Of a stretch of 64,000 nucleotides of DNA, positions 9,159 to 17,229 are shown in pieces; positions within the stretch are counted from its first letter, which is position 1, and every line of letters starts with the position of its first letter. The notes beneath the pieces are model-generated. The model worked only from the letters and a program-made list of their open reading frames with translations, was not told the DNA's origin and ran no database searches. A program made the translations under genes and the position numbers. Origin of the DNA: Pseudomonadota bacterium (GTDB taxonomy: Bacteria; Bdellovibrionota; UBA1018; CAIMNF01); the NCBI GenBank assembly GCA_027491115.1, contig JAIXWV010000016.1:10657-74656 (forward strand). The letters run 5' to 3'.

Positions 9159-9524
9159 ATGAACACCAAAACCACCCGTCTGGTCTATTCATCGGATCCC
9201 GAATTGAATCGTAAATGCGTGAAGTGCAAAGAGGTGATTTCGGAGTGCACTTGCGAGCCCGAGGTGGACCCCAAGAGCTACAAGTTTGTGGCCGTTCTCC
9301 GGATCGAGAAGAACGGTCGGGGTGGGAAGACCGTGACCGTAATCGACCGCCTCCCAAAGAACGAGGTTTTTCTGAAGGAGCTCACCACGAAGCTCAAGAA
9401 GAAGTGCGGAACCGGAGGGACTCATTTGACTTCGGGCAAGGACGGGGTGATCGAGATCCAAGGCGATCATCGCGAACTAATCCGGACTCTGCTTGAAAAA
9501 GAAGGGATCCGCTCGAAGGGATGA
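9159..9524 (+). CDS. yciH: translation initiation factor SUI1/YciH family
   Basis: SUI1-domain sequence (GRGGKTVTVI...LKKKCGTGGT...GDHRELI); ATG at 9159, 2 nt after the upstream stop (a GTG at 9153 is also in frame). Confidence 0.7.
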   Translation: MNTKTTRLVYSSDPELNRKCVKCKEVISECTCEPEVDPKSYKFVAVLRIEKNGRGGKTVTVIDRLPKNEVFLKELTTKLKKKCGTGGTHLTSGKDGVIEIQGDHRELIRTLLEKEGIRSKG

Positions 9525-9590
9525 GGCACCGCCTTAAGTGAACCCCAAGGTTTACTTGACGGGAGCTTGTGCAGGGATATGATTTGACCC

Positions 9591-9965
9591 ATGCAAGGTC
9601 AGAAGAAATGGAATGTTGTCGGACAAATTCTCACGGCATTGATTGCCATCCCATTTTTCATGAGCGCCATGATGAAGTTCAAGGGCGGGCCCGAAATGAT
9701 GGAGGGCTGGAACCATTTCGGATGGCCGACGGAATTTCTTCTTACGATCGGTATCCTCGAAGCCACGAGTGTTCTTTTGTACATGATTCCCCAGACCGCG
9801 GTACTGGGTGCAATCCTCTTGACCGGTTATCTCGGCGGAGCGATTGCGACCCACCTGCGAGTCAGCGAAGGCGTGCCGCTGCAGGTCCTCTTCGGTGTTC
9901 TCGTGTGGGGCGCCCTGTTTCTGCGTGATGAGCGCCTGCGCCAGTTGTTGCCGTTTCGGAAGTGA
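9591..9965 (+). CDS. DoxX-family membrane protein
   Basis: 124 aa, four hydrophobic helices, DoxX-like pattern (FFMSAMMKFKGG...GILEATSVLLYMIPQTAVLGAILLTGYLGGAI). Confidence 0.6.
   Translation: MQGQKKWNVVGQILTALIAIPFFMSAMMKFKGGPEMMEGWNHFGWPTEFLLTIGILEATSVLLYMIPQTAVLGAILLTGYLGGAIATHLRVSEGVPLQVLFGVLVWGALFLRDERLRQLLPFRK
9863..9965 (+). repeat. direct repeat copy A: 3' end of the DoxX gene (second copy at 12535-12637)
   Basis: 103 bp; 97/103 identical to 12535..12637, including the TGA stop. Confidence 0.85.
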
Positions 9966-10132
9966 TCGGGAGTCTAGGGAAAGGGTACCCAAAAGTGTGT
10001 CCCAGTTGACACATTGTGCAGCCCATCTATTCCGCCTAGCATGAAGGTGGGATAAGGGGCGTCTTTATGTGGTGCTGAAAAAGCAATGATCTAAGCGTTC
10101 ATTGATTTTAGCGCCTGAAATGTAGGGGAAAA

Positions 10133-10318
10133 ATGAGATTCGTGAATCTGGCAATGGTGGTAGTCGGTCTTTTTGCAGGAGCTGTTTCGTACGCAGCACA
10201 GGCGATAGAGTGCCCCTGTTGCAATGTGAAGGTTTCGGGTTCGATGAGCGAACATTTGCACAAGTGCAAAGCTTGTAATCCTGGAAAAAGAGAAGTGAAA
10301 AAGCCCGAGAAGCGTTAA
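10133..10318 (+). CDS. small secreted cysteine-rich peptide (signal peptide + 37-aa mature peptide with 6 Cys)
   Basis: 61-aa ORF; signal MRFVNLAMVVVGLFAGAVSYAAQA; mature IECPCCNVKVSGSMSEHLHKCKACNPGKREVKKPEKR; weak RBS; hairpin at its 3' end. Confidence 0.4.
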   Translation: MRFVNLAMVVVGLFAGAVSYAAQAIECPCCNVKVSGSMSEHLHKCKACNPGKREVKKPEKR

Positions 10319-10325
10319 CGGGCTT
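10301..10325 (+). terminator. hairpin overlapping the stop of the small peptide gene (weak terminator, no T-run)
   Basis: AAGCCCG-loop-CGGGCTT. Confidence 0.25.
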
Positions 10326-10393
10326 TAGGTTGAGTTCTTCGGACTGGTCATTGAGAAAAGCGAGCGCGATGCCCGAGCGGTCATTTGGCACAG

Positions 10394-11494
10394 ATGAAGA
10401 TCGTTAATCCCATTTGTCTTCTCCTTGGATTTTTGTTTGTGGCTCTCGGAGAGATCTCTTTTGCTCAAAACAGAAGGGATCTTCTTTCTGTCGAGGTCCT
10501 GGAGTTCAAGGATCTCCGCGACGATTCCCGGTACACCTCACCCAAGCCGGAACGGTTGCGACTCTTCAGAAGAAGAGAGCCCACTCCAACCCCGGATTCG
10601 GGAAGAAGCATTCCGATTAAGGTGCATATTCCAAGCTCTGGCGGCCCGTACCCCCTTGTGGTGATTTCACACGGCGCCGGCGGGAGTTGGGACACGCATT
10701 TCGCTCAAGCAAACTTTCTCGCTTCAAAGGGTTATGTGGTCCTGAGTGTCGAGCATGTCGGGAGCAATACGGATCGTTTGAAATCGACGCTCCGGGTGTT
10801 TAAGAACCTGAAAGACATGATTCACGATTCCCATGAGGTTCTGGGCCGGCCCAAGGACATTCGCTTTGCCATCGACCGGACAGAGCAGTGGAATCGCTCG
10901 CATGAAAGGCTGCGCGGTCGAATGGACTTGAGTCGAGTGGGCGTGATGGGGCACTCCTTCGGTGCCTTCACCGTGATGGCCGTAGGCGGCATGCGTCCCG
11001 CACTCGATTGGATCGAGCCGAAGGTTGAACCGGGCAAGGGCCTCGGTCCGGATCTTTCTGATTCACGAGTGAAGTGCGGAGTGGCGCTTTCACCCCAAGC
11101 CCCGGGCGAGCCTTTTTTCTTATCGGAGAGCTACAAATCGCTTCGAGTTCCCTTACTTGGGATTTCAGGAAAGGAAGATCGCCAACAGGGCGGGGTAGAG
11201 CCAGTTTCTAGACTCGAGTCATTCAAGCTGTGGCCCCAAAATCAGGGTAGGAACGCTTTTGTTTGGCTCTCCAATGCTGCACATCTGGATTTCACCGATT
11301 CCACCGGAGGGGACCAGCAGGGCAGGGAATCAAAAAACCGGGCTGATGTGCAGAAGGTGGTTCGGGTGGCGATTCTGAAGTTCTTCAATCAATGCCTGAA
11401 GTCCGAGACCACGGGTGATCACGAAATCAGTTCCGAGAGTTTGAAGCCCTATCTCGGGGGAGCGGTGAATCGGGTAGAAGTGCTGCGGAAGTAG
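10394..11494 (+). CDS. secreted alpha/beta hydrolase (dienelactone-hydrolase / PAF-acetylhydrolase-like)
   Basis: Signal peptide; VISHGAGGSW; nucleophile elbow GHSFGA; catalytic His near C-terminus (AAHLDF); an in-frame TTG at 10385 is an alternative start. Confidence 0.6.
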   Translation: MKIVNPICLLLGFLFVALGEISFAQNRRDLLSVEVLEFKDLRDDSRYTSPKPERLRLFRRREPTPTPDSGRSIPIKVHIPSSGGPYPLVVISHGAGGSWDTHFAQANFLASKGYVVLSVEHVGSNTDRLKSTLRVFKNLKDMIHDSHEVLGRPKDIRFAIDRTEQWNRSHERLRGRMDLSRVGVMGHSFGAFTVMAVGGMRPALDWIEPKVEPGKGLGPDLSDSRVKCGVALSPQAPGEPFFLSESYKSLRVPLLGISGKEDRQQGGVEPVSRLESFKLWPQNQGRNAFVWLSNAAHLDFTDSTGGDQQGRESKNRADVQKVVRVAILKFFNQCLKSETTGDHEISSESLKPYLGGAVNRVEVLRK

Positions 11495-11515
11495 GAATGG
11501 GTTTTACTGGCTTGG

Positions 11516-12427
11516 TTAGGTCTGCATCGTTCCCGCAAAGACCTGCTTTGCCACCCGATAAGTGTTCGCATAGGCCCGAACGCTGAGCTCAATGGGTTTT
11601 GCGTAGCCTCCACCGAGCGCTAGCGACACAGGAATTCCTGCCCGGCGGGCGTATGAGAGCACGAGCTCATCCCGCTTCATGAGGCCATCGAAGGTGAGGT
11701 GGAGTTTTCCCAGGGTGTCTTCTTTGAGCGGGTCGACCCCCATCTGATAAAAAATATAATCCGGATCAAAGCGCCTGATCTCAATGAGCCCGTCAGAGAG
11801 GTGCTCAAGATATGCCTCATCCTCGGTTCCATCGGGGAGGGCGATGTCGAGATGGGAGGGAACCTTCACAAAAGGATAGTTCTTCTCTCCGTGCATGCTG
11901 AAGATGAAGACTCCCTCATCCTGCCCCAGGATGCTTGAGTTGCCATTTCCCTGGTGGACATCGAGATCGATGATCGCAATTCGCTTCGCCAATCCATCGC
12001 GCTTCATGAGTCTAGTTGCCACCGCAAGGTCGTTGAACACGCAGTACCCTTCGCCACGGTCGGAGTGCGAGTGGTGGGTGCCCCCCGCAAGGTTTCCGGC
12101 GATGCCCTCTTTCAGCGCGTCTTTCATGGCTGCAATGGCACCTCCCACCGAGGCACAGCTTCGATCATAAAGTCCGGGACTCCAGGGAAAGCCCAAGCGC
12201 TTCAGGTTTTGCTCACTGATCGAGCCGGTTCGCATCCCCTCGATGTACTCACCCGTGTGGGCGAGAGCCAGGGTTTCAGGCGGGGTGAGTGGGCTTTCTT
12301 TCAGGTCCGAGGCTTGGATGATGTCCTCGGCGAGGAGAAGATCCCGCAGCATCCGGTACTTCTCGATCGGAAAACGATGACCGGGAGGAAGCGGGAGAGT
12401 GTAGTGATCGGAGTAGTAGACGTTCAT
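11516..12427 (-). CDS. histone-deacetylase-family amidohydrolase (AcuC/HDAC-like)
   Basis: 303 aa; HDAC motifs DLDVHQGNGN, GGGY, charge-relay His-His (GGTHHSH). Confidence 0.7.
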   Translation of the reverse strand: MNVYYSDHYTLPLPPGHRFPIEKYRMLRDLLLAEDIIQASDLKESPLTPPETLALAHTGEYIEGMRTGSISEQNLKRLGFPWSPGLYDRSCASVGGAIAAMKDALKEGIAGNLAGGTHHSHSDRGEGYCVFNDLAVATRLMKRDGLAKRIAIIDLDVHQGNGNSSILGQDEGVFIFSMHGEKNYPFVKVPSHLDIALPDGTEDEAYLEHLSDGLIEIRRFDPDYIFYQMGVDPLKEDTLGKLHLTFDGLMKRDELVLSYARRAGIPVSLALGGGYAKPIELSVRAYANTYRVAKQVFAGTMQT

Positions 12428-12475
12428 AGGAATGGTACGTTTTTGTCTGGAGCTGCGGTGAAATCGATAATTTGA

Positions 12476-12637
12476 CGGAAGATATCGGCAAGAAAGGCCA
12501 GAGTCAAACTTCTCGTCGGCGCTTCCTTCAAAATCAGCGAAGGTGTGCCGTTGCAGGTCCTCTTCGGTGTTCCCGTGTGGGGCGCTCAGTTTCTGCGTGA
12601 CGAGCGCCTGCGCCAGTTGTTGCCGTTTCGGAAGTGA
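12476..12637 (+). pseudogene. DoxX 3'-terminal gene fragment (35 codons conserved; no start codon)
   Basis: Open frame from the stop at 12473 to TGA 12635-12637 has no Met; the last 103 bp are 94 % identical to the end of the intact DoxX gene at 9863-9965. Confidence 0.6.
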
Positions 12638-12777
12638 CTGTTTTCTTTATTTCGATTTGATCTCGTCCAGAATATCATGAGTCGGTGGCTGTCATGCTTG
12701 GATACACCTTTTCATTCAGGAAAATTTATTCCAGTGAGACATACGACTGCAACTTCAACTGAGGGGACGAGAAAAAA

Positions 12778-13788
12778 ATGATGGCACGGATTCTTCAGGT
12801 TTCTCTATGTGGAATCGTCCTGCTGGGGTTTGGATGCAAGCGCGTGGGGACTCAGTCTGAAGTATCCGATGTCACACCGATCTTCTCGCCAAGCCCTGCG
12901 ATCATGCCGCCGGCGAGCGGGCAGATCGTATTGGATGGTTGCCTCGGGCTTTCCGGGGTGAACGAAAAATGCACCCTCGTGACCAACGCCAGCGCTTGTA
13001 TCTCGTCCAAATGCAGTAAGCTCGTGGTGATTTTTTCGGGTGGTGAGATGGGTTGCATCTCAGGACCCGGCTATACAAGTGCATTGAGCGGGTATGCTTC
13101 GAACGGGTGGGCCGCGGTTTGTATCAACTATTTTGAGTCTTCAGCGGGTTCTGGGGAAGTTCCTTATGTGGATGAAGCCGGTCGACTCGATTATGCGGTA
13201 CAACAGGCAACGAGTGGCGCATGGGCGAATGCGTACTGGACTGGAGAAAAACTTCTGTTGCAAGGGATCAGTCATGGAGCCACGGCACCGATGATCCTGA
13301 TGGCCCGGACCTCGCTTGCCCAACAAGCCCATTGGCAGGGTACGCAGCTCACCGCAGGATGTTTTTTTGATGGAAGCTACAATCAATTGGCTACGGCCAA
13401 TCTTCTTGCGACAGGCGCCTTGGGTGGAGGTCCCTGCATCTCGCCGGTGTCCTATTTCCGGGGATTGGAGCGCTATTGTGGGTCGGGAGCCAACGGCTCC
13501 AACTGTAATCTTGCTTCCAAACCAAAAGCATTGGACGACACCATCACCAACCTGGCAACGGTGAATTTCGCAGTTCGCCACTTCAAGATGTTTGAGTGCG
13601 GAAGTGCGGGTCCTGTGTGTACCAAAGACATCATCCCCGGAGTACCCGTTCAAGACCTTTGTGGTGAAATCGATAGTACCTCGGGCCACTCTTGCAGTTT
13701 TACAGCCTTGCCAAGTGATGGGCATCTCACCTGTCATGGAAACCAATTCGATCAGTGCAGGATCTGGTTTGACAGTATCACCCCATGA
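12778..13788 (+). CDS. Cys-rich lipoprotein, possible alpha/beta-hydrolase fold (GISHG nucleophile elbow)
   Basis: Lipobox LLGFGC; 20 Cys; GISHGA pentapeptide; no clear family assignment. Confidence 0.45.
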   Translation: MMARILQVSLCGIVLLGFGCKRVGTQSEVSDVTPIFSPSPAIMPPASGQIVLDGCLGLSGVNEKCTLVTNASACISSKCSKLVVIFSGGEMGCISGPGYTSALSGYASNGWAAVCINYFESSAGSGEVPYVDEAGRLDYAVQQATSGAWANAYWTGEKLLLQGISHGATAPMILMARTSLAQQAHWQGTQLTAGCFFDGSYNQLATANLLATGALGGGPCISPVSYFRGLERYCGSGANGSNCNLASKPKALDDTITNLATVNFAVRHFKMFECGSAGPVCTKDIIPGVPVQDLCGEIDSTSGHSCSFTALPSDGHLTCHGNQFDQCRIWFDSITP

Positions 13789-13903
13789 AATTCGTCACAG
13801 ACCGGCGTGACCAATGATAATTTGAAGAGGGGTTCGGCCAAGCGCTCGGGCCCACTTCACGTTCGTCTTTTTCTCCTTCCCCGAACCTGTCACGCTCTTT
13901 GCG

Positions 13904-13971
13904 CAGGTACACCGTTCTCTAAAAAGAATGCACGATGCATGCAGGAGCCCTTCTTTAGAGAACGGTGTACC
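13904..13971. terminator. long perfect inverted repeat (about 19-bp stem): bidirectional terminator between the lipoprotein gene and tRNA-Arg
   Basis: AGGTACACCGTTCTCTAAA...TTTAGAGAACGGTGTACCT; nested inside a second inverted repeat TTCTCCTTCCCCGAACC / GGTTCGGGGGAGGAGAA (13870..14008). Confidence 0.5.
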
Positions 13972-14009
13972 TGATCATGTTGAATGGAGGGTTCGGGGGA
14001 GGAGAAAAA

Positions 14010-14087
14010 TGGCGGACCCGAAAGGGTTCGAACCTATGACCTCTTGATCCGTAGTCAAGTGCTCTAATCCAACTGAGCTACGGGTCC
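14010..14087 (-). tRNA. tRNA-Arg (anticodon ACG), CCA encoded
   Basis: Reverse complement folds as a cloverleaf: acceptor GGACCCG/CGGGTCC, D-arm GCTC-AGTTGGATTA-GAGC, anticodon stem CTTGA/TCAAG with loop CTACGGA, T-arm ATAGG-TTCGAAC-CCTTT, discriminator G, CCA. Confidence 0.85.
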
Positions 14088-14104
14088 GCACTGAGAGAGG
14101 CCCA

Positions 14105-14133
14105 CTATAACTGATGGGCTCTGTTTTATCAAT
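14105..14133 (-). promoter_or_regulatory. candidate sigma70 promoter for tRNA-Arg (-35 TTGATA, 17 bp spacer, -10 TATAGT)
   Basis: Motifs read on the minus strand about 17 nt upstream of the tRNA 5' end. Confidence 0.35.
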
Positions 14134-14168
14134 TTGATTTTCAAGGGTTGATTTGAGAACCTCATTGC

Positions 14169-14594
14169 ATGTCATCAAGCAGGAAGGCCGGCCTCGTTGT
14201 TTTGCAACTATCGGTAATGGCTTTGGTTTTCTTGGCTTCCTGTGGACTTAACCCAACCCCCGTGCCTGCGACTACTTGTCGGAGCGGTACAGCTGAGATC
14301 GCTGTATACGACGGGGGGATGCAGCGAATGTGTGGCTGCGCTGAGGGGGGAAGTGGTGTCTTTACTTCCGGACAGGGGTTGGTCTGCACGGTGAGTGCTG
14401 GGACAACCGTGTTCTTTCGCTACCCCGGTATTGCCCTGGATCATCAGATTTCAATCATTGGGCAGATTTCGTTTCAACCGCGTGCGGGCGGGTCGGGCGT
14501 GACGCAGTCGGATGCGTGGACTTTCAACTCGAGTGGGACGTTTACCTTTTCAGATTCTTTCACTAGCATAGGGGGCACGATCATCGTGCTATAA
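14169..14594 (+). CDS. lipoprotein, hypothetical
   Basis: Lipobox LASCG; 141 aa; Gly/Ser/Thr-rich beta-type composition. Confidence 0.45.
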   Translation: MSSSRKAGLVVLQLSVMALVFLASCGLNPTPVPATTCRSGTAEIAVYDGGMQRMCGCAEGGSGVFTSGQGLVCTVSAGTTVFFRYPGIALDHQISIIGQISFQPRAGGSGVTQSDAWTFNSSGTFTFSDSFTSIGGTIIVL

Positions 14595-14603
14595 GGAGTT
14601 CAT

Positions 14604-14810
14604 ATGAAATTGAATGTAGGTAACTTGGAAAGCTTTTTCAGGATTTTCACCGGCGTCGTTCTGCTTTTTTGCGCGCTTTACGGGTATGTCGGACAGTGGG
14701 GATTTCTCGGAGCTGCGTTGATCGGTACCGGCATGGCGCGCTTCTGTCCGTTGACGACTCTTTTGGGTATCAACACTTATCGTTGCGAAGGCCAGAAAGA
14801 CGCACACTGA
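14604..14810 (+). CDS. DUF2892 (YgaP-like) small inner-membrane protein
   Basis: RBS AAGGAG; 68 aa; FRIFTGVVLL...ARFCPLTTLLGINTYRC pattern typical of DUF2892. Confidence 0.55.
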   Translation: MKLNVGNLESFFRIFTGVVLLFCALYGYVGQWGFLGAALIGTGMARFCPLTTLLGINTYRCEGQKDAH

Positions 14811-14868
14811 TTTTTTTGTTGACCCGGTTTCGGTGTGAAGAGCACTGGAACCGGGCTACAATATTCGA

Positions 14869-15384
14869 ATGTCTTACCCGCGGTTCTCCTTTCAACAATC
14901 TGTGCTCTTCATCGATGACCAAAGCAAATTCGAGAACCTGATCCGAAACGGTCTCCTCGGTCTCAATGCCCAGTACGAATTCTGCCCGAGCCGGGTGAGT
15001 ACGGCTCTGGAGCGACTCGAGGCCGAGACCCCCGATTTGATCGTTTCCACTCTCGAATACAAAGAGGGAACCGTGCTGGATTTTGTCGGAAAACATAAGG
15101 AATTCCTCTCCCAGGTGCCTTCCATCTACCTGACCGAACCCCACACGGTGGACCTCGAGGCCGAGCTGGCCAAGCTGGGTGAGTTCAATGTGATGGAGCG
15201 GAAACGCGACCCGCTCGATTTGATTCGCAAGATGGCCCAGATGATCGCCGAGAGCATCGACAAGCCGAAACCTCGACTCAAGCTGGTGTCCTCCCAGTCC
15301 GAGGAACAAGTCCGGAAACACCGCGATGCGGGTGGGATTGCCCCAGTCAACTGGGCTGAAGAGATCCTGAAGCGAAACTCCTGA
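14869..15384 (+). CDS. stand-alone receiver-like (CheY-like REC) domain protein, possibly degenerate
   Basis: VLFIDDQ (acidic pocket), TPDLIVST (phospho-acceptor Asp position), about 120-aa REC-like fold plus a charged C-terminal tail. Confidence 0.4.
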   Translation: MSYPRFSFQQSVLFIDDQSKFENLIRNGLLGLNAQYEFCPSRVSTALERLEAETPDLIVSTLEYKEGTVLDFVGKHKEFLSQVPSIYLTEPHTVDLEAELAKLGEFNVMERKRDPLDLIRKMAQMIAESIDKPKPRLKLVSSQSEEQVRKHRDAGGIAPVNWAEEILKRNS

Positions 15385-15485
15385 CGGGTGTAAATTTTTT
15401 GGTCACCCCGGGCGAAGGAGTGGCTGAAAATAGTCTGGAAAATCGCGGTTCTTTTTGAGGCAAGTTCTGGCGCGTTCCTTGCTCA

Positions 15486-16322
15486 GTGTTGCGGCACATG
15501 AAGTTCTTTTTCCAAGTGTGGGCCAGCCTCATGGGTGGGCTCGCACTCAGCATGACTTTCGCCCAAGCGGCGGTCCCCTCGATTTCCGAGGGACATCCGT
15601 GGGTCCGTGCGATCGAACACGATGATGTCGAGTCCGTGGCCCGGGGGATGCGCTCCGGTGAGATCGGGGCTTTGGTTCGAATTTCGGGCAAGACCCGCGA
15701 ACGCCTGTTTGATCGGGCACTCACCCATGGCTCGAAGCGGGTGTTCTCCCTCATGATCCGGGGCCTGAAGGCCAAGGGAGTGGCTTCCCGCAAATTGTCT
15801 GATGCCAGGGGAACTCCAGCATTGTTGAGTCTTGCCAGTCTTTCTGTGCCGGGATCGCCCCGTTTGGCGGCCTATCAGGAGATGGCGCGGAATTATTTGA
15901 AAACCTTTCCGGGCTCGCTCTATGAGCGGGATCAGGCCTATGTCGGAGACGGACGTCTTCCGATCCACGGGGCCGCTGCAGTAGGAAACCATGCACTGCT
16001 CCGGATCTTTTTGATGGCGGGGGCCGACCCGAACGTGCGGAACGCAACGGGGGAGACGCCCTTGCACCTTTCGGCGCGACACGGACATCTGGAAGTGGTC
16101 CGCGAGCTGATCGAAAGTGGAGCCCGAGTGAACGAACAAACTCGCTACACCCATGCCACGCCACTCATGTATGCCGCAGAGTTAGGCCGAAAGCAGGTCA
16201 TTCGTGCGCTTTTGGCGTCGGGTGCCAAGAAAACCTCGCGAGATGTGTTCGGGAAGACGGCCAAACAGCGCTACCGCGAATTCTCAATGAATTCAGCATC
16301 TCAGCGCGAAATGAGGCAGTGA
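15486..16322 (+). CDS. secreted ankyrin-repeat protein
   Basis: Signal peptide (MKFFFQVWASLMGGLALSMTFAQA if the Met at 15498 is the start); at least 3 ankyrin repeats (GRLPIHGAAAVGNHALLRIFLMAGADPNVRNATGETPLHLSARHGHLEVVRELIESGARVN...TPLMYAAELGRKQVIRALLASGAK). Confidence 0.7.
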   Translation: MLRHMKFFFQVWASLMGGLALSMTFAQAAVPSISEGHPWVRAIEHDDVESVARGMRSGEIGALVRISGKTRERLFDRALTHGSKRVFSLMIRGLKAKGVASRKLSDARGTPALLSLASLSVPGSPRLAAYQEMARNYLKTFPGSLYERDQAYVGDGRLPIHGAAAVGNHALLRIFLMAGADPNVRNATGETPLHLSARHGHLEVVRELIESGARVNEQTRYTHATPLMYAAELGRKQVIRALLASGAKKTSRDVFGKTAKQRYREFSMNSASQREMRQ

Positions 16323-16442
16323 GTCAAAATCATCCCGGCTGATCGGCTCTCATCAGTTCCACTGTTATTTTCTTGGCTTCCCGCTCCGGATCGGTAGAAT
16401 TTTCCCACTTAGGACGTTTCTTATTCGATGAAGGGGGAAACC

Positions 16443-17216
16443 ATGAGAACGATTCTCATTCTGCTATCTGTGATGTTCATTTCTGCCAACGCAACCGCGA
16501 CCCAGGTCACGGTGAATGATTCTGACGCGCTTCAGGCGGCGATAGATGCCCGCAATACTTTTGTCCGCGCCCTGTTGACCCGCGAATTCACCGAGTCCGC
16601 CCACTTGGGTATGGACCTGGCGATGCACGAATTCGCCCGTCAGATCCGCGAAGAGCAAGGTGATCTCGCCCTGTCTCGCGAACTGCTCACAAAGTGGAAC
16701 CGCTCCTCCATGGGGTTTTTCCAAACCTTGAGCCTCGCTCCGACCGACCTCGGAGACCACGATCCGCTGTTCCCTTGGATCAACCAGTTTCTCGGAAAAA
16801 TGTCTTCCAAATATGGAACCATCATCTACACCCTTCCGATCGTGAAGGACATCCTCATGGTCAATTACGCACTCCCTGTGGTGTTCAAGCCCCGCGGTGG
16901 ATGGCAGACCGACGGTCGTGTCGAAGATGTGGACAACCGCATCGAGTACCGCAAACACTTCATTCCCTTCGCCAACTTCGTCACTTACTATGCGGCCCTC
17001 ATCGGTTGCCGTGTGGTGGCGGACCGCCAGGGTGCACCTCAGTTGAAGCGCATGTGCAGCAAGGCGGCCGACAAGCTCCGTTTTGTGATGGGTCGTTACA
17101 TCGCTCCGAAGATCTCCGATTGGATCTTCCGTGCCAGCAACGATCGTTTCTATCTGGGCGAAGAAAGCCTGAGACTCAACACCGTGGAAGAGCTCCGTCG
17201 GGCCATCCAGGAATAA
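16443..17216 (+). CDS. secreted hypothetical protein
   Basis: RBS GAAGGGGGAAAC; signal MRTILILLSVMFISANATA; no recognisable domain. Confidence 0.5.
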   Translation: MRTILILLSVMFISANATATQVTVNDSDALQAAIDARNTFVRALLTREFTESAHLGMDLAMHEFARQIREEQGDLALSRELLTKWNRSSMGFFQTLSLAPTDLGDHDPLFPWINQFLGKMSSKYGTIIYTLPIVKDILMVNYALPVVFKPRGGWQTDGRVEDVDNRIEYRKHFIPFANFVTYYAALIGCRVVADRQGAPQLKRMCSKAADKLRFVMGRYIAPKISDWIFRASNDRFYLGEESLRLNTVEELRRAIQE

Positions 17217-17229
17217 ACAGGAGGATCAC

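Noticed and set aside
9566-9593. sigma70 promoter (-35 TTGACG, -10 TATGAT) in front of the DoxX gene
   Set aside because: The -10 would overlap the annotated ATG (9591), implying a leaderless or mis-started transcript. It is too uncertain without TSS data.
9966-14090. Classical tRNA-integrated genomic island
   Set aside because: No integrase or excisionase, and no direct repeat of the tRNA-Arg 3' end was found. Only the DoxX 3'-end repeat and inverted repeats are present.
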